The notes below the pieces were generated by a model, which was not told the origin of the DNA, searched no databases, and worked only from the letters and a program-made list of their open reading frames with translations. From Tubulanus polymorphus (lineage: Eukaryota; Animalia; Nemertea), in assembly GCF_964204645.1 (NCBI RefSeq), contig NC_134032.1:15488275-15552274 (forward strand): DNA of 64,000 nucleotides, given 5' to 3'. Made by a program: the position numbers and the translations under genes. Positions 50,281-64,000 of the stretch are shown piece by piece (positions within the stretch are counted from its first letter, which is position 1; each line of letters begins with the position of its first letter).

Positions 50281-51963
50281 TTGCATTACTGGCTCTAACA
50301 GATTGTTGAAACAAATCGGTTTTTCGAACATCAAAACGTCTTTATAAAAACGTCAAAACGTGTCTTTACTCGGGATGTCGGCTCTGATGTCACAATGCTG
50401 CTTTAAACGAATTGATGGTCGGACATTGTTAGAGAAGAACATGATTAAAACCTGTTGCGGAGGAGACAGAATTTCTAAATGTCGCCGAAACTTGTTTAGA
50501 AATTCGCGAATTATCGTTTCGAACGCGTGTCGCATAGTTTATCATAGATATCGATATTTAAGACACCTGGTTCACGGAGCAGACGACACGATCGCGAGAA
50601 CAATAAAACACAAATCGGTCGACACATATTTCATCTTGGTCGTGTCTTGTTTTATCCTCTATTCTCTCCATACGTGCGACATAAATATCTCACTGAATAC
50701 ACATCTGTTGTTTACAATGCACGTGTATATATATATATGACTCTATCAGGATGGACCGCATACACTCGACTCAAATGTAGGAACCAGATAATAATAAGAT
50801 TAAAACCTACCATATGTACAAATTTAAAACATTTAAATTGAAATCTATTTCCTAAATCAAATGTTAAAGAGACTATTGGTAATAATAGAATATCTCGGTT
50901 CACTCAGACGTGGAGAATAGATTAAACCAACTATATTTATATATAAATTTGAAACATTAGAAATGAAATTTATTTCCTAAATCATTAGTTAAGAGACTAT
51001 TGGTAAAAATAGAATATCTCGGTTCACTCAGACGTGGAGAATAGATTAAACAAACTTTACATATAAATCTTAAACATTAAACACGAAATTTATCTATCAA
51101 GAAATGAAATAAAAATCTAAAGACACGTAAAAATCGTAAGGAAAAATACAGTTGTTCAATTGATTTACGATATTGTTGGTATCTCTTATTGGTATCGTTT
51201 CATTAAGACTGGAAATAGTCTCAACTACTTACACCCGTGACTCAGTCATAAACTTATATCATTAACAGCCCGGTCAATCGAAGCCGGTTTCGAATCGAGA
51301 TTGTTGTTTTTTTTTATGAAGTATCAACGGCGTGCGACTAAACTGTCAAACGCTTTAATAAAATCAACAATGAAATTCTACACGGCGCGTTATCAAAACG
51401 ATTGTCTTTACTTCAATTCTCTCACGCGACAACATCGACTAAAAAAGCACGACCGTAAAATCTCGATCGTGAAATATGTACTTCCGATATCTGGGTTCCC
51501 GGTACGATAAATGATATATCGCTCTTTGTGTATGATATATCGCGTACCTGATATATCCAGTATCAACTAAGTTCGAATCGTTCGCCGGCACCGGATAGCG
51601 GAGCCGGAGAATTCATCTTACGAATGAATGCCAAGGTCGCAGCGACGTACGGAGCACCGAGAAATAAGACACGATGATTTCGTCATAATTAATTCAGCGA
51701 TTCTCGATTGGAAGAGTAACTGAATAGTGATAGACTGACGCGTGTTGCTACACTGAAGAAAGACCCCGTAATTGTGGAGAAAAACTAAGAGAATACAGCG
51801 ACTTTGAGATTCAATTCTATGAGACATTTTCAAACTTAATATTTTTGTACGGCCAGCATGCTGCCTAAAATACGAGCAATATCTTAACTTTCTCGTAGCA
51901 CGCGCACACCAACATTGGCGCGCACACGCCTGAGACCAGGGATCCAAGTTAAGATTGTGTTAT

Positions 51964-52646
51964 GCTAGGTTCACACACACGATTTTTCGTCGAGGAATCG
52001 AGCAACTCACAGTCGAGGACAACTATTTTGAAGTGAGTCATGTGTGTGAACGAAAAAGTTGCTCGATTTTCCTCGACACAACTCTAGTCTCGACTAGTTG
52101 AGAGAAATAGAACATGTTCTATTTCTCTCAACTCAGTCGAGGAGTTGAGAGAAATCTAACCAATCAACATGCAGTATATTCGCGCGCATTTTAATAGTCT
52201 TCCTTTCTGGTAAGAGAGGGCAATATATTTCTACAATTTCTACAATAAAAGAATAAACCTTTAAAATCTCATCAATCGCATGTCTATCAGATAATTGATA
52301 TATGAGACTCATGAATTCTCTTTAAAATTTCTGGAGTCAGGCGGTACCAGGATCCCCTAACACCGGGCATGATATATCCATATGGATGCTGGATAGGCCA
52401 AAGTCGTTTTATCACAATTCTCTTTTTGATTTCTGCTTAAATTGCAATTTCTTGTTCATCCTTCTATGCCTTCTATGCACTGCTGCATCTACGCCCAGCT
52501 GGAGTTGTGTGAATTAAGCTGTGTGTGTGAACACACATTTTGACACAACTTTGTTTATTTATCTAACCGGGTCAGAAGTTGAGAAATCGAGAAGTTGAGA
52601 CAACTTCTCAATTTTCTCTTCAAAAAGTTGTGTGTGTGAACCCAGC
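51964..52646. mobile_element. ~680-bp non-autonomous DNA transposon (Harbinger-like)
   Basis: TIR GCT(A/G)GGTTCACACACAC at both ends; internal perfect 36-bp palindrome gttgagagaaatagaacatgttctatttctctcaac (52097-52132). Confidence 0.78.
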
Positions 52647-52995
52647 ATTATCTACATTATTTAACCATGGACTGTACAACGAATTTGTACTCGTTTTAGT
52701 GTCCGCGATTAAACTGACAAAATATTTTATCTTATCCCGGTGGATGAGTAGCTCAGGTAAAGATTACACATAGAACCTGTATCCGATTACGCCTGAAGCG
52801 AACTCACGAGGGAGATTGCACTACGGGTCGAATGTGTTTAGAATTAGAGCAGTTGTCCGTGCGCGGTGTGTGGGATTGAACGCGAGGTCCCGAATTACTA
52901 CTCCTCCCCCGAGGGAAGTGAGGCGAGATATGACGTGAGAGACTGAACAGCTGATAGGTTATCAACCAGCAGTCGATCGCTATCGATTACTGGTC

Positions 52996-53795
<800 letters not shown>

Positions 53796-53946
53796 GTGCC
53801 GATGGAGATGAAAGAGTAAGGAGATACTACCGCAGCTTCCCTAAGAACAACGGAGAAACATCGAAAATTGAAACGCGCCCCGAGACGATATAACCTATAT
53901 ACTTGCTGAAAAATAGAACCTGATGCAGGCGTGACATGCTACTTAC

Positions 53947-54070
53947 CGGCCACATTCGCTCGCGGTTTCGCCCCCAGAAATGCTAAATTCACATTCGCTT
54001 TTCGACCGTCTATCGATGGATTAGGATCCTTCGTCGCCTTGGCAGCCCCTTCTATTGTTGCCATAGTAAC
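53947..54070 (-). CDS. RBM24: RBM24/38 exon 2 ([41 protein letters not shown])
   Basis: ctgcag acceptor, gtaagt donor, 124 nt; [22 protein letters not shown] signature. Not shown in this frame in the ORF track. Confidence 0.96.
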
Positions 54071-55114
54071 CTGCAGGTAATAAGGAGACGAAACAATTCA
54101 TTAAAACGAAATCAAACGATGGACAAGATGAATTACAGTTGGTGACCTTACGGTTAAACTGGATCTCGATCGGTTTTAACTGGATTTGGGGATCTTGACC
54201 AATCACTTTAACCTGATAGGTAACGGAGGTTGGGTGAGAAGTTCGTATATTTCATTTCACAAATGGGGGTGGAAGGTTGGAGCCTTAAGACCCCGGGTCC
54301 AGTTGCCAGCAGTGACTTATCATATTGGCTATAGAACAAAGATGGCGATCTTGAATCTAAACCTTAAATGTGCAAGCGGCTCCTGGAATCGATTTCATGA
54401 AAGAGATTAAGTTTTAAAACGTTGTTGCCCCCAATAAACCGAAGATTTTGGTAAACCCTTTTTTCTGGGGCCGGGTTCATAAATCGATTGAAGAAAATTG
54501 GTCCTTCTTTGAGAAACCTGGAAACCTGGGATTACGGATTTCTAAACGGATTTTCTCAGGCAGACAGACCCTATATGAGTTATCAGTCTGGTGAATTCAA
54601 CGCGTTTGGATTAAAGGGTGTTATTTCTAAGGTACCCTGTTCATTTCATCTAAGCTTCTCAGCGACTCAGGTTGCGTATTCTTTATCTCAAAACTAAGAC
54701 GCGAAAATCTCTTTCTTTTCTTTTCAGCATTTTTTAAAAAACATTGTTCGTTCCCTGAGTGGTTTGTTCCGTATGGTGGTTTGTGGTTGGTGGCGGTTTT
54801 GTTGGTGGCGGTTTTGCTTTTTGTTGCTGGTGCAACTTATCCAGTGTACTGTATGACCGCATAGTGATGTACGGTAGCGTCGCGGGGGGTGTTTAACGGG
54901 GCAGGCAAAGAGCAGACGAACGAACGAACGAATGCTATATGAAGAAATCATGACATTATTAAACAAATGAATTTCACAATAAACTACGTATTCACTGAAC
55001 TTCCTGATATCAGCACCTGGTTTACAATAATGTGCAGTGTCATTTCCAATGAGTTGACTCCGACCATGGACGTATAAACTAGATCTAGTTTATACGTCCA
55101 TGCTTCGACTCATA

Positions 55115-55480
55115 ACAGTGGAACTGGATCCAGAACTGTGGAACTGGATCCAGAACTGTGGAACTCGATCCTTTAACTGTGGTACTCGATCCTGAGTTGA
55201 CAGTACACTCTGAACTCACAACTGTGGAACTGGATCCTGAACTGTGGAACTGGATCCTGAACTGTGGAACTGGATCCTGAACTGTGAAACTGGATCTCGA
55301 GTTCACAGTTAACTCTTAACTCACAACTGTGGAACTGGATCTCGAGTTCACAGTTAACTCTTAACTCACAACTGTGGAACTGGATTATGAGTTCACAGTT
55401 AACTCTAACCCTCACAACTGCGGAACTGGATCTTGAGTTCACAGTTAACTCTAACAACTATGGAACTGGATGCTGAGTTG
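55115..55480. repeat. MITE-A-derived array (aactgtggaactggatc...)
   Basis: Mixed 20-bp and ~43-bp units. Confidence 0.88.
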
Positions 55481-56637
55481 GATCAAACTCCTGCTTCCAC
55501 CTCACGGATGAACGGCATCATCTCCATCCTCTAGGGAGGAGGATGCTGCAACAACTGCGTCATTAACTATAGATTATATTGTACATCAGACACAACTGGT
55601 CGTGTATATATTTACAGTATTGCAATCAACACGACCAGGTAATTACAACAGCTGCCTGTGGAACAGAGTGTAACTGATATAAGTGTCGAGCCAGAGAGGG
55701 GGCATTTATATTGAGTGACCAGTTCACTCTTTCTCCTGTCGACTGTGTTTTTTTATCCTTTAAACAGTCATATTTTTCATATTTTAAACAGTATCAGTAC
55801 TATAGCAACAACAGAGCAAAAAACCTCGCGGTTTTTCGTTTGTTTTTGTTGTTGTTGTGGTAAGCAGTTCCATCCGTCAGTTGTCCCCGGTGGGGAGGGG
55901 AGAGAGGAGAGGGGAGAGGCTGTCCTATATCTCTCTCGCTCTCGCTGTTGCCCGGAGATGACAGGCGCGCGACGTAACAAAGAGATTTGGAAGATGATGT
56001 CAGAGCTCGTCTGGGGCAGACGGCTCCGCGAACAGCTGCGGTGAGGAGTTATGGTGTGCGATCATCTGAACTATTTCTTTGTTCTCTCGAGAACCCAACA
56101 TTCCTTCATCGAGTAAAACAAGACCAGCGCCCGCGAGTCTCACAACGAGAAAGTTTAACTAAAAAAATCGGTTTAATTCCTAAATCGGTTACTGTCTTAT
56201 TTTCAGTAGGGGCAACTATATTCGAACTTTATAGTTTTGAATATTAGCCGTTGTGATCCGTCATGTTTGTGTTATTCGTGATTTCAGAACGATCTTGGCT
56301 GTGTTGATGATGCGCTAATATTCTATAACGTGAAGAAGAAAGTCCTCAATCTCAGCCGAAAAACTGTATAAACAACGAGTTTATCGGAAACATTTCTAAC
56401 AAAAAGATCTTTGTATTTTTGAAATTCGAATCGTTGTGTGAAATGACGTGTTTTCGTCGTTATTTGTTTACTTTTGCGGCGAGTTGCGCAAAGGTATTCA
56501 GGGCCGGAACAGTGAAAAACAAATAACACTAGACCGTGGTGCGGGCACTACTATCTGATTGACCATTGTCACCTGAATCTACTGTCCCTGTCAATGTAAA
56601 TACCATTTAGAATTTCATTGTATTGCAGCATGCTGTA

Positions 56638-56773
<136 letters not shown>

Positions 56774-57999
56774 CTAACGTCGAAAATGATTTTCGGGATT
56801 TTTTTTTCTTAAAATGTGCTTTCGATAATATACACGTGTTTCTAAATTTCGGGTTGTGAAACCAATGTTTAAATTATTATGGGTTAGAATGGATTAATTG
56901 AATCGATGAATATTACGAAGATATCGCTCAGGTCTGGTTACTAACTAGGGGTAACCCTGTAGTGCACATAACGCAAATTGCACAATCCCAATAGATCTTC
57001 GCCATACAGCTGGCGAGCTTTCCATTTCAAATTAAATCACGGAATAGTAGTGATTGTCCCTTTTGATTGAGTGGGTTTTGATTTTTACAGACCAACCATA
57101 GTCACACTATAGCCGGGAACGAATCGGGGTTTGTTTGATATTGACCAGATATCTATAAATGTAGTTAAATATAATTGGATGGTCAGATTTTGTAATTTCG
57201 ATTCCGGGTCATACAACAATATTTGTTTTACTTTGCGATTTCCGATTTGAAAACCCAAACCACGGAATCGTTCCTGGTGGGTTTGTAAGTGACACCGAAT
57301 TAAAAAATTATACCTATCAAATAAATAGGGTCAATCCATATTTTAAGATTATAACTTCCAATCGTATGGCACCCAATTTGAAGTTCGGTGAGTCTAGCTG
57401 GACCCCACGTTTTAACAATGGTAAACGGTCAATTTAATAACAGAGACAATACCTGGTTTTACGGCATCGGACAGTCTCTCCGTAAGACCACGAGCGGGTA
57501 CCTGAATGGCCCATTTATTCGGTCGGCACAGATGAGCTTAATATCAACCTGTATACGTGGCCTTTAATCTTATTTATAAATGGTGCCCGTAGAATTATTT
57601 ATGAATTCACCGGGTCCCCGTGTAAAGCGCCTGGTGAAGACGGGGTCGGTTATCTGCGCCACACGTGGTATAGATGGAAACTGTGAACGCACATGTGATA
57701 CTAATGGTCTCACCTTCATCGCAATTTCGACAGATGTTGCTTTTGGAAATTGTTCCGATGTCGTAAACTCTCAATAATTCATGCATGAGATGTTGACAAT
57801 ATCGAACGCTTCGCATATCATATCATATCATATCATATCATATCATTTCAGCCGTTGAAAATATTTCTCTAAAGAAGTTATTAATTTACTTTTGATATGC
57901 CGGGTTCTTATGAAAACGGTGGATTGAAGGTTTAATCCTTTAATCCTATCAAGTGGATTAACTTTCGAACGATGACCAAAACAAACCCGTCCCAAACAA

Positions 58000-58242
58000 G
58001 ACCGGTCTAAGCTCATTTTAGTTCTAAAACCAATCTAACAACTTGAAACCAGTTTAAATTCATTTTAGTTTTATAACCAATCTAACAACTTAAGACCAGT
58101 CTAAACTCATTTTGGTTCTGTAACTAATCTAACAACTTAAGACCAGTCTAAACTCATTTTGGTTCTGTAACTAATCTAACAACTTAAGACCAGTCTAAAC
58201 TCATTTTGGTTCTGTAACTAATCTAACAACTTAAGACCAGTC
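58000..58242 (+). repeat. 47-bp satellite array
   Basis: About 5 copies. Confidence 0.9.
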
Positions 58243-59673
58243 GTAAAGATCTCAGCTCACCTGAGGACTATGTAACTGGCCCGATGCTTTCTATCCATGT
58301 GTCAAATTAAAATATTCTAATCCAACATTCATATTACCGTGAAGAGAAGGGCCGTTAATAATTCCGTTTGCTAAACATTAAAAGCATGAATTGTTCTTAC
58401 TCGATTCGGGCCGGATTTGTCGCCGAAAAAAAAACAACATGATGTTTACCTACATTCGCCTGGGACGAGACCAATGTGTTGCGTGTATGAGTTTAGTTTG
58501 GGTAAGAAAACTGTTTGCGAATCGACGTCTATAGTAAGTGGATATACACGAGAACGGTTTTATATCTGTGAAGGTATGCGGTAGTGAGAGTGAGAGAGGG
58601 AGGATGGAGAGAGATGTGGGATGCTGGTACACAGCTGCCTCTGTCGTCAGCGCACAGTAACTGCCACGGTACACACGCACGCGCGGCTCCAGGTAAACCA
58701 TGTGTTGGGTAGAGCTCGCCGATAAAACTATTGGGGTCATCTCTCTACTGAGAACACTTCCCTAAAAATGACTCACTCTGTATGTTTTACGTGATGCCTC
58801 TCGAAACAAAGACAACGCTAGAATCGGAATGAGAAAATCCGCTATTGGGACTTCATAAATATTTTCAAACCAAATACGAATTCCTGCAATCGATCGTCGA
58901 CAACTAGCGACTTCTTGAATAGATCTAAATATATCTATTTCATATGACTACATTGTTTGTAAGTTACGTGTAGGAGACTGACGGATTTAGTTTTCACAAA
59001 TCGTAGCACTGCGCTGCATGGAGGATAGAGTGAATGGTTTCAGTCAGTAAACAGGACGCCGTTGTATAGTCTGTTGATGATCGAATACTTTCACGATCAC
59101 CAGACGCGGACAATCGTCCGAACTTTCGTGTCTTTTCATTTTCGAATTAATCAATAGATTTCCTTATATCACAGACCGTAATTTTGATTTTTATTGCTCA
59201 TTCAACCAATAGATTAATCCATTTTTGAATTCTTAAGTTTTGTTAGAACGTTAGAATCCAGTTCCACAGTTCTGGGTTAACACGCAACTCTGGGACCGGT
59301 TGCATAATTATGACTTAGATTTAAGACCAGTTTAAGACCAACTTAGTTCTATAGCCAATCTAACAACTTAATACCAGTCTTAAGATTTAAGACCACTTTT
59401 GGACTTAAGTCACGACTGTGCAACTAAAGTTAAAACGTTGAAAATGATTTCAAACTCAAAGTAAACTTTAATCTAACTCACATCACCGAGGAACCTAGTT
59501 AGTTACCTAATCGTTGGTGGTAAGCTTTTTTATAATCGGATGCGCTTATACCAAAATGTGGTTTGTGAAAATATCCGATCGTGAAACTAAACCACAGTCA
59601 GGTTACTGACTATGTGGAACCGGACACCGGTTCTGAACTTATATTCAAATCATTCTATAATTAAGTATTCGTT

Positions 59674-59711
<38 letters not shown>

Positions 59712-60436
59712 TTTAAGAGAATTTAGACTTTATAGAGTTCTATATCTCATAATAATTCCGCTACATCTAGGACTAGGTCGTCGTCTGTCGCGCGCGCTTT
59801 ACGTAAAACTTGACCGAAAGGTGACGACCAGTTCACCGCATAAACATACATAACATAATATATATAGACAATGTTTATGGAAAAGACTTTGGTCTTTGGA
59901 AAAGTTTAAGGTATGTACGACGAGTCGGAATTCTGCGGCTACGAACACTAAAACCCGTAAATCATAATGTCGACGCGGTGCGGACAATAATTGGTGTCTC
60001 TAAAGGGTTGTATTGGTCAATTCAATTGTCGGCTTTTACGACCCCACGTTGTGACGTTGCTATCATCTTTGATACACTCTACAAGGTTCGCCTATACTGG
60101 ATCAATACCACATGCACCCGCTATCTCTCTCTATAGACGCAAGGTTAAGGTATACAAAGGAATCTACGCATCTCATATAGCGGTTATGAGTCGACACTGA
60201 AATTTTACCGGGTAAGGGCCTGAAAAATAACGAGTTCGAGACTCTGTGTCTTACTGCGGTAAAGTTGAGACCGGTAATATTCAACCCCGAGTTGGTGTCA
60301 AATACCGAGTAAGAGTTTGTGAAGTAAACATCAGATGGTATAAGATATCGAGAATCAACACTTATCAAGCAATGATGCTCCATAAGTGCAAAAATACTGT
60401 TCACACTAAAACACAAAACACAAAATCAATACTTAC

Positions 60437-60658
60437 AAATCCGTATCCTCGAGATTTCCCTATTAACCGGTCAGTAATTACGACCGCTTCTTCGATTTCG
60501 CCGAAATCTGAGAAAAATTTTCTTAACGACGCGTCCGTCGTCGAATAGGGCAAACCGCCGACGAATATCTTCGTGTACGTAGTGTCTTTCTGGTGGATAA
60601 TGTGCTGCTGTTGCTGCTGTTGCGGCTGTTGCTGCTGCTGTTGTTGTTGATTAGCCAT
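60437..60658 (-). CDS. RBM24: RNA-binding protein 24/38 (SUP-12 family), exon 1: polyQ plus RRM N-half
   Basis: [16 protein letters not shown]...[21 protein letters not shown], then a gtaagt donor at the family-typical position. Confidence 0.96.
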
Positions 60659-60959
60659 TTTTGACGAGATATAGTTTTAATCGTTCTGTTAATTTGTATA
60701 TATATATATAAAAGCGAGAATATAGATTTACTTTTTCTTTTTAATAAATCTGGAATGATACAGCGCGCGCGCTAGTCGGTCTAATATTCCTCGAGTTCGA
60801 TATAATCCCGGTGTAGTAAATAAAACAGCTGAATTTACTCCTGCGATTTTATCCGTTCTATGCTTTGATCGTAGAGTTCCGTTACTTGTTCTCGCAGACG
60901 AGAAGAAAGTCAGTAGTTTGTATAGAACAGTGTGTACGAGTCGGCTTTCAATACTCTAC

Positions 60960-61110
60960 TACTGGTTTATACTATAATCACTCTCTCAAGTAGTTACTCG
61001 CCGTCTGCTCGGCCGAACCGTTCTCTGATTGGTGGAAAGTGTCGATGACGTCAGCAGTTTGCGCACACCTCTCTGTACAGGTGGACCGGAAGTACGCCGC
61101 ACGTGTAGCT
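60960..61110 (-). promoter_or_regulatory. RBM24 core/proximal promoter
   Basis: Minus-strand TATAAA (60971-60966), CCAAT box (61027-61032), CRE TGACGTCA (61046-61053), ETS CCGGAAGT (61086-61093) and CACGTG (61100-61105), in promoter-like order 300-450 bp upstream of the ATG. Confidence 0.65.
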
Positions 61111-62603
61111 GGAGTGAGTTTCTTTTCATCTCTGGAGCGAGTTGACACACGTTTTGATAATGTAGGCCACGGACGACGTTAAGAGAGCGCGTCTAAGCGA
61201 AGGAGCGGGGAGCATCCAACACGGATCAATGATCAATTCCATTTTCTTTTCCAACTAGTACCAAACTTGAAGATACAAAAAGAGCATTTTTACCGCGATA
61301 TTTCTTTCTGCAACAAACCCAACACACGTAAGATGCCCGAATTGTTAAATTCGACAAACAATAGTTTTATTTCAAATACAGTGAACCTCCGATATACCAC
61401 CCATATTTTTCGGACTATATTCCGGAATACAGTGGAATAAAGATTAGATCCGCCCCTGGTTTACGAGAAGAAAATACATTTAAAGAAATTTCATAATAGG
61501 CGTTTTAAAATGGATTGAAAAAATGATATTTTTTCTTTAATTTAATGACTTTCGCAGAATTCTGGAGTTTTGTTAAATGTCCCACAGTCTTTGATTGCTA
61601 ACTTGGTAAATGATAGTTAATTTCACATCATGATAACACCAGAACACAAATTTGGTAATTCATTTTAATGACAATTTCAACATTTTATATCAAAAAATAG
61701 CTCTACTTCGATTTGATTATTTGTATTATAGATATCTTACAGTCCCATAGCGCTACCTTGAAAAACAAATCGTTTGGCTTCTCCGCACTAAGGGGTTAAA
61801 AATGGGTCAGCCATATACGCTTCCGATTTTGTGTCTCTGACCAGCAGACGGAACTGTCATATTTTACGTATGTCTGGAATTTCTGCCAGTGTGATCCCAA
61901 TCATTCCGGGGAAGTCAATGAAAAGTCACTTTTTACGCGCCATAAACTAAATTATAGACACTGCGATTGTTTCACTAAGTCTCGTAATAATTCGTGAAAC
62001 GACTTGACTTTTTTTCTGAGGGTGCTTAAAACGGTCAACGCCAATCGTCTGCCGACTAGTATACAGGCCCGTACATAGGGGGCTCGATGGTTACAAATTT
62101 TTAAAAAAAATTTTCTAAAACTCTGATTTTTTGCGTTTCAACTATGAACCATTTTTAAGAATTATAATAGTTCGTCACTTCTCGAAAATGAAGGGTGTCC
62201 TAGTCGAGAACCAGAAAAAAAAATCGTAAAAACAAATTAATCAATATAGTAATTATCTATTATGTAATTTTCTATTATGATTATTGCGGCTTTGACCATG
62301 GACTCAAAATCGTTTAGAGTATGTGTTAGTTTGACTGATGTGTCCGGTCGTGATGATGGCGGAGATCAACATGTTAATTAGTACTAATTGTCCCCTGTAA
62401 TTAATTACAGACACGACTAAGATGAGTTGAGTAGTGCTCAATATAATACAGGTTTATTGTAGCCATTTCTATAATATAATATAATATAATATAATTTCTT
62501 TATTTCGTGCCGAATCAATGAAAAAAATACGATATTTACATACAGATATTAGAAAAGTAATATTATTCAGTGTTTGTATCAACATATAGCAATACCAGTA
62601 CAG

Positions 62604-62859
62604 GGTCCGATCTAAGGAATGAAATCCACTTTCCCGAGGGACAAGCATATCTGAAATTTCACTCGCCCCCTCCAAAAGCTACTTGCCCTACACAGGCAGT
62701 CCGATTGGTGGCACAATTTATTCACCTTTGTATCGAGTGGGAAAAAAGCTTTCTGTCATAAAATTGCACTAGCCCGGGGGACTAATGATAATGAAAACCT
62801 ACTTGCCCTGATGAGAATATACTTGTCCCGGGCGATCGGACAAGTGTTTAGATCGGACC
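62604..62859. mobile_element. MITE family D, second copy (opposite orientation)
   Basis: TIR GGTCCGATCTAA; flanks CAG/CTG. Confidence 0.85.
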
Positions 62860-64000
62860 CTGCAATATGTGACATTTTTAATACATACTTAACATGTGCA
62901 AAAATAAACAGCTAAAACAGCCCTGCTTGATTAGGGGGCGATCCTTGATTCTTATAGTTTGTTGATCTCTGAATTAGGAGTTTAATTAACACTGCAACCA
63001 TTTCCATGGTATATGCAGCAAATAAACAGAAAACATGTATGCATTATTTACAAAACAATTGAAACTTTTCCTGATAAGATATTAGAAAATAAAAAGATTT
63101 ATAAAAACGATGTTTTTTATCCAGACAGCGTATTTCACTGGTCGCGTATTCAGGTATGTGTTAAAAGAATTAAGAGAATTATCCCCAAAAAAATCGATTT
63201 AACACAAAAAGAAATAGATCTAGACAAGATAATCTTTACTTTTTTTGATTGTTTGATTGCGGGTTCGCGATACTTTTAGCGAGTTTCTGTTTCTTAACGC
63301 GATTGTTATGAAATACGTCGTTACACAAGTTTTAAGATATTTAAAGGATTAAGATTTCCAGGGTTCGACCCGGCTATATCTTACATATGTATATATATAA
63401 GTCGTCTTATTATCATTCAAAGATTAAGTCCCGGATCGTTAAAATTGTCGTTCGAGTTCTTTTGAAAGAAGATTAATCATAAATTGTATGTGATTATATG
63501 CGCGGATTGAATAACGGGGATTTGAAAAGCGATTACGGCTTGAAGCCCGTTTATAACGTGTCCGAGCGCAAAACACTGACAAAACAATATCCTGCTGACC
63601 TCTGAAGTCCGTACGTACGTCTAACGGACCCCGGTTTTATATAGTCATGAACTCAGTTCATGCGCTGTCTTATATCTTAATGACTGGCGTCAAGTGATAT
63701 AGAACAAAACTGGTCAGAACCGAAATTAGTTTAGCCTAGTTTTAAGTTGTTAGATAGAACCAAAATTAGTTTAGCCTGGTTTTTGGTTGTTAGATAGAAC
63801 CAAAATTAGTTTAATGGCGAGTGTGTTTTAGAAGCCGCTAAACCAAAAAAGTGAGTTTAGAACTATTTCATAAAACGGAAGTCTGGATCCAAATTCCAAA
63901 TCGGAGTTTGTTTTTCTGACTCTGGGGAAATCGGTATTTACAAATCTGGTATTTAACATTTAACACTGGATGGTATAAATTGTATCGGGGGACAGCTTGG

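Noticed and set aside
50825-51065. ~123-bp local duplication (also 69-bp at 42468-42602)
   Set aside because: Ordinary two-copy tandem duplications with no further structure.

Overview
AT-rich, intron-rich animal genomic DNA (most likely an invertebrate bilaterian; no prokaryotic features). I assembled three spliced genes by hand from GT-AG junctions. (1) The last six coding exons of TM9SF1 lie on + (893-14599); its 5' part is outside the window. (2) A complete, intron-containing, divergent calmodulin-like gene (148 aa, 6775-4196) is nested antisense in the 11-kb last TM9SF1 intron. (3) A complete RBM24/RBM38 (SUP-12 family) RRM gene lies on - (4 coding exons, 60658-22376, 273 aa), convergent with TM9SF1 and with a probable ~4-kb 3' UTR. 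A further antisense ORF start runs off the left edge (1-159). The non-coding DNA is dominated by short inverted-repeat elements (CWG-flanked Harbinger-like, TA-flanked Tc1/mariner-like and TTAA piggyBac-like), several of which have visibly seeded tandem arrays, plus tRNA-derived B-box arrays, CTCF-consensus clusters, a telomere-variant minisatellite and microsatellites. The most interesting observations are the nested calmodulin paralogue, repeated MITE-to-satellite conversion, a tRNA-sized array between the convergent 3' ends, duplicated in-frame splice acceptors in TM9SF1, and a compact let-7/GUGUGC hairpin module in the RBM24 3' UTR. I see no clear evidence of a wholly new biological system. 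All family assignments come from recalled sequence knowledge, not database searches.
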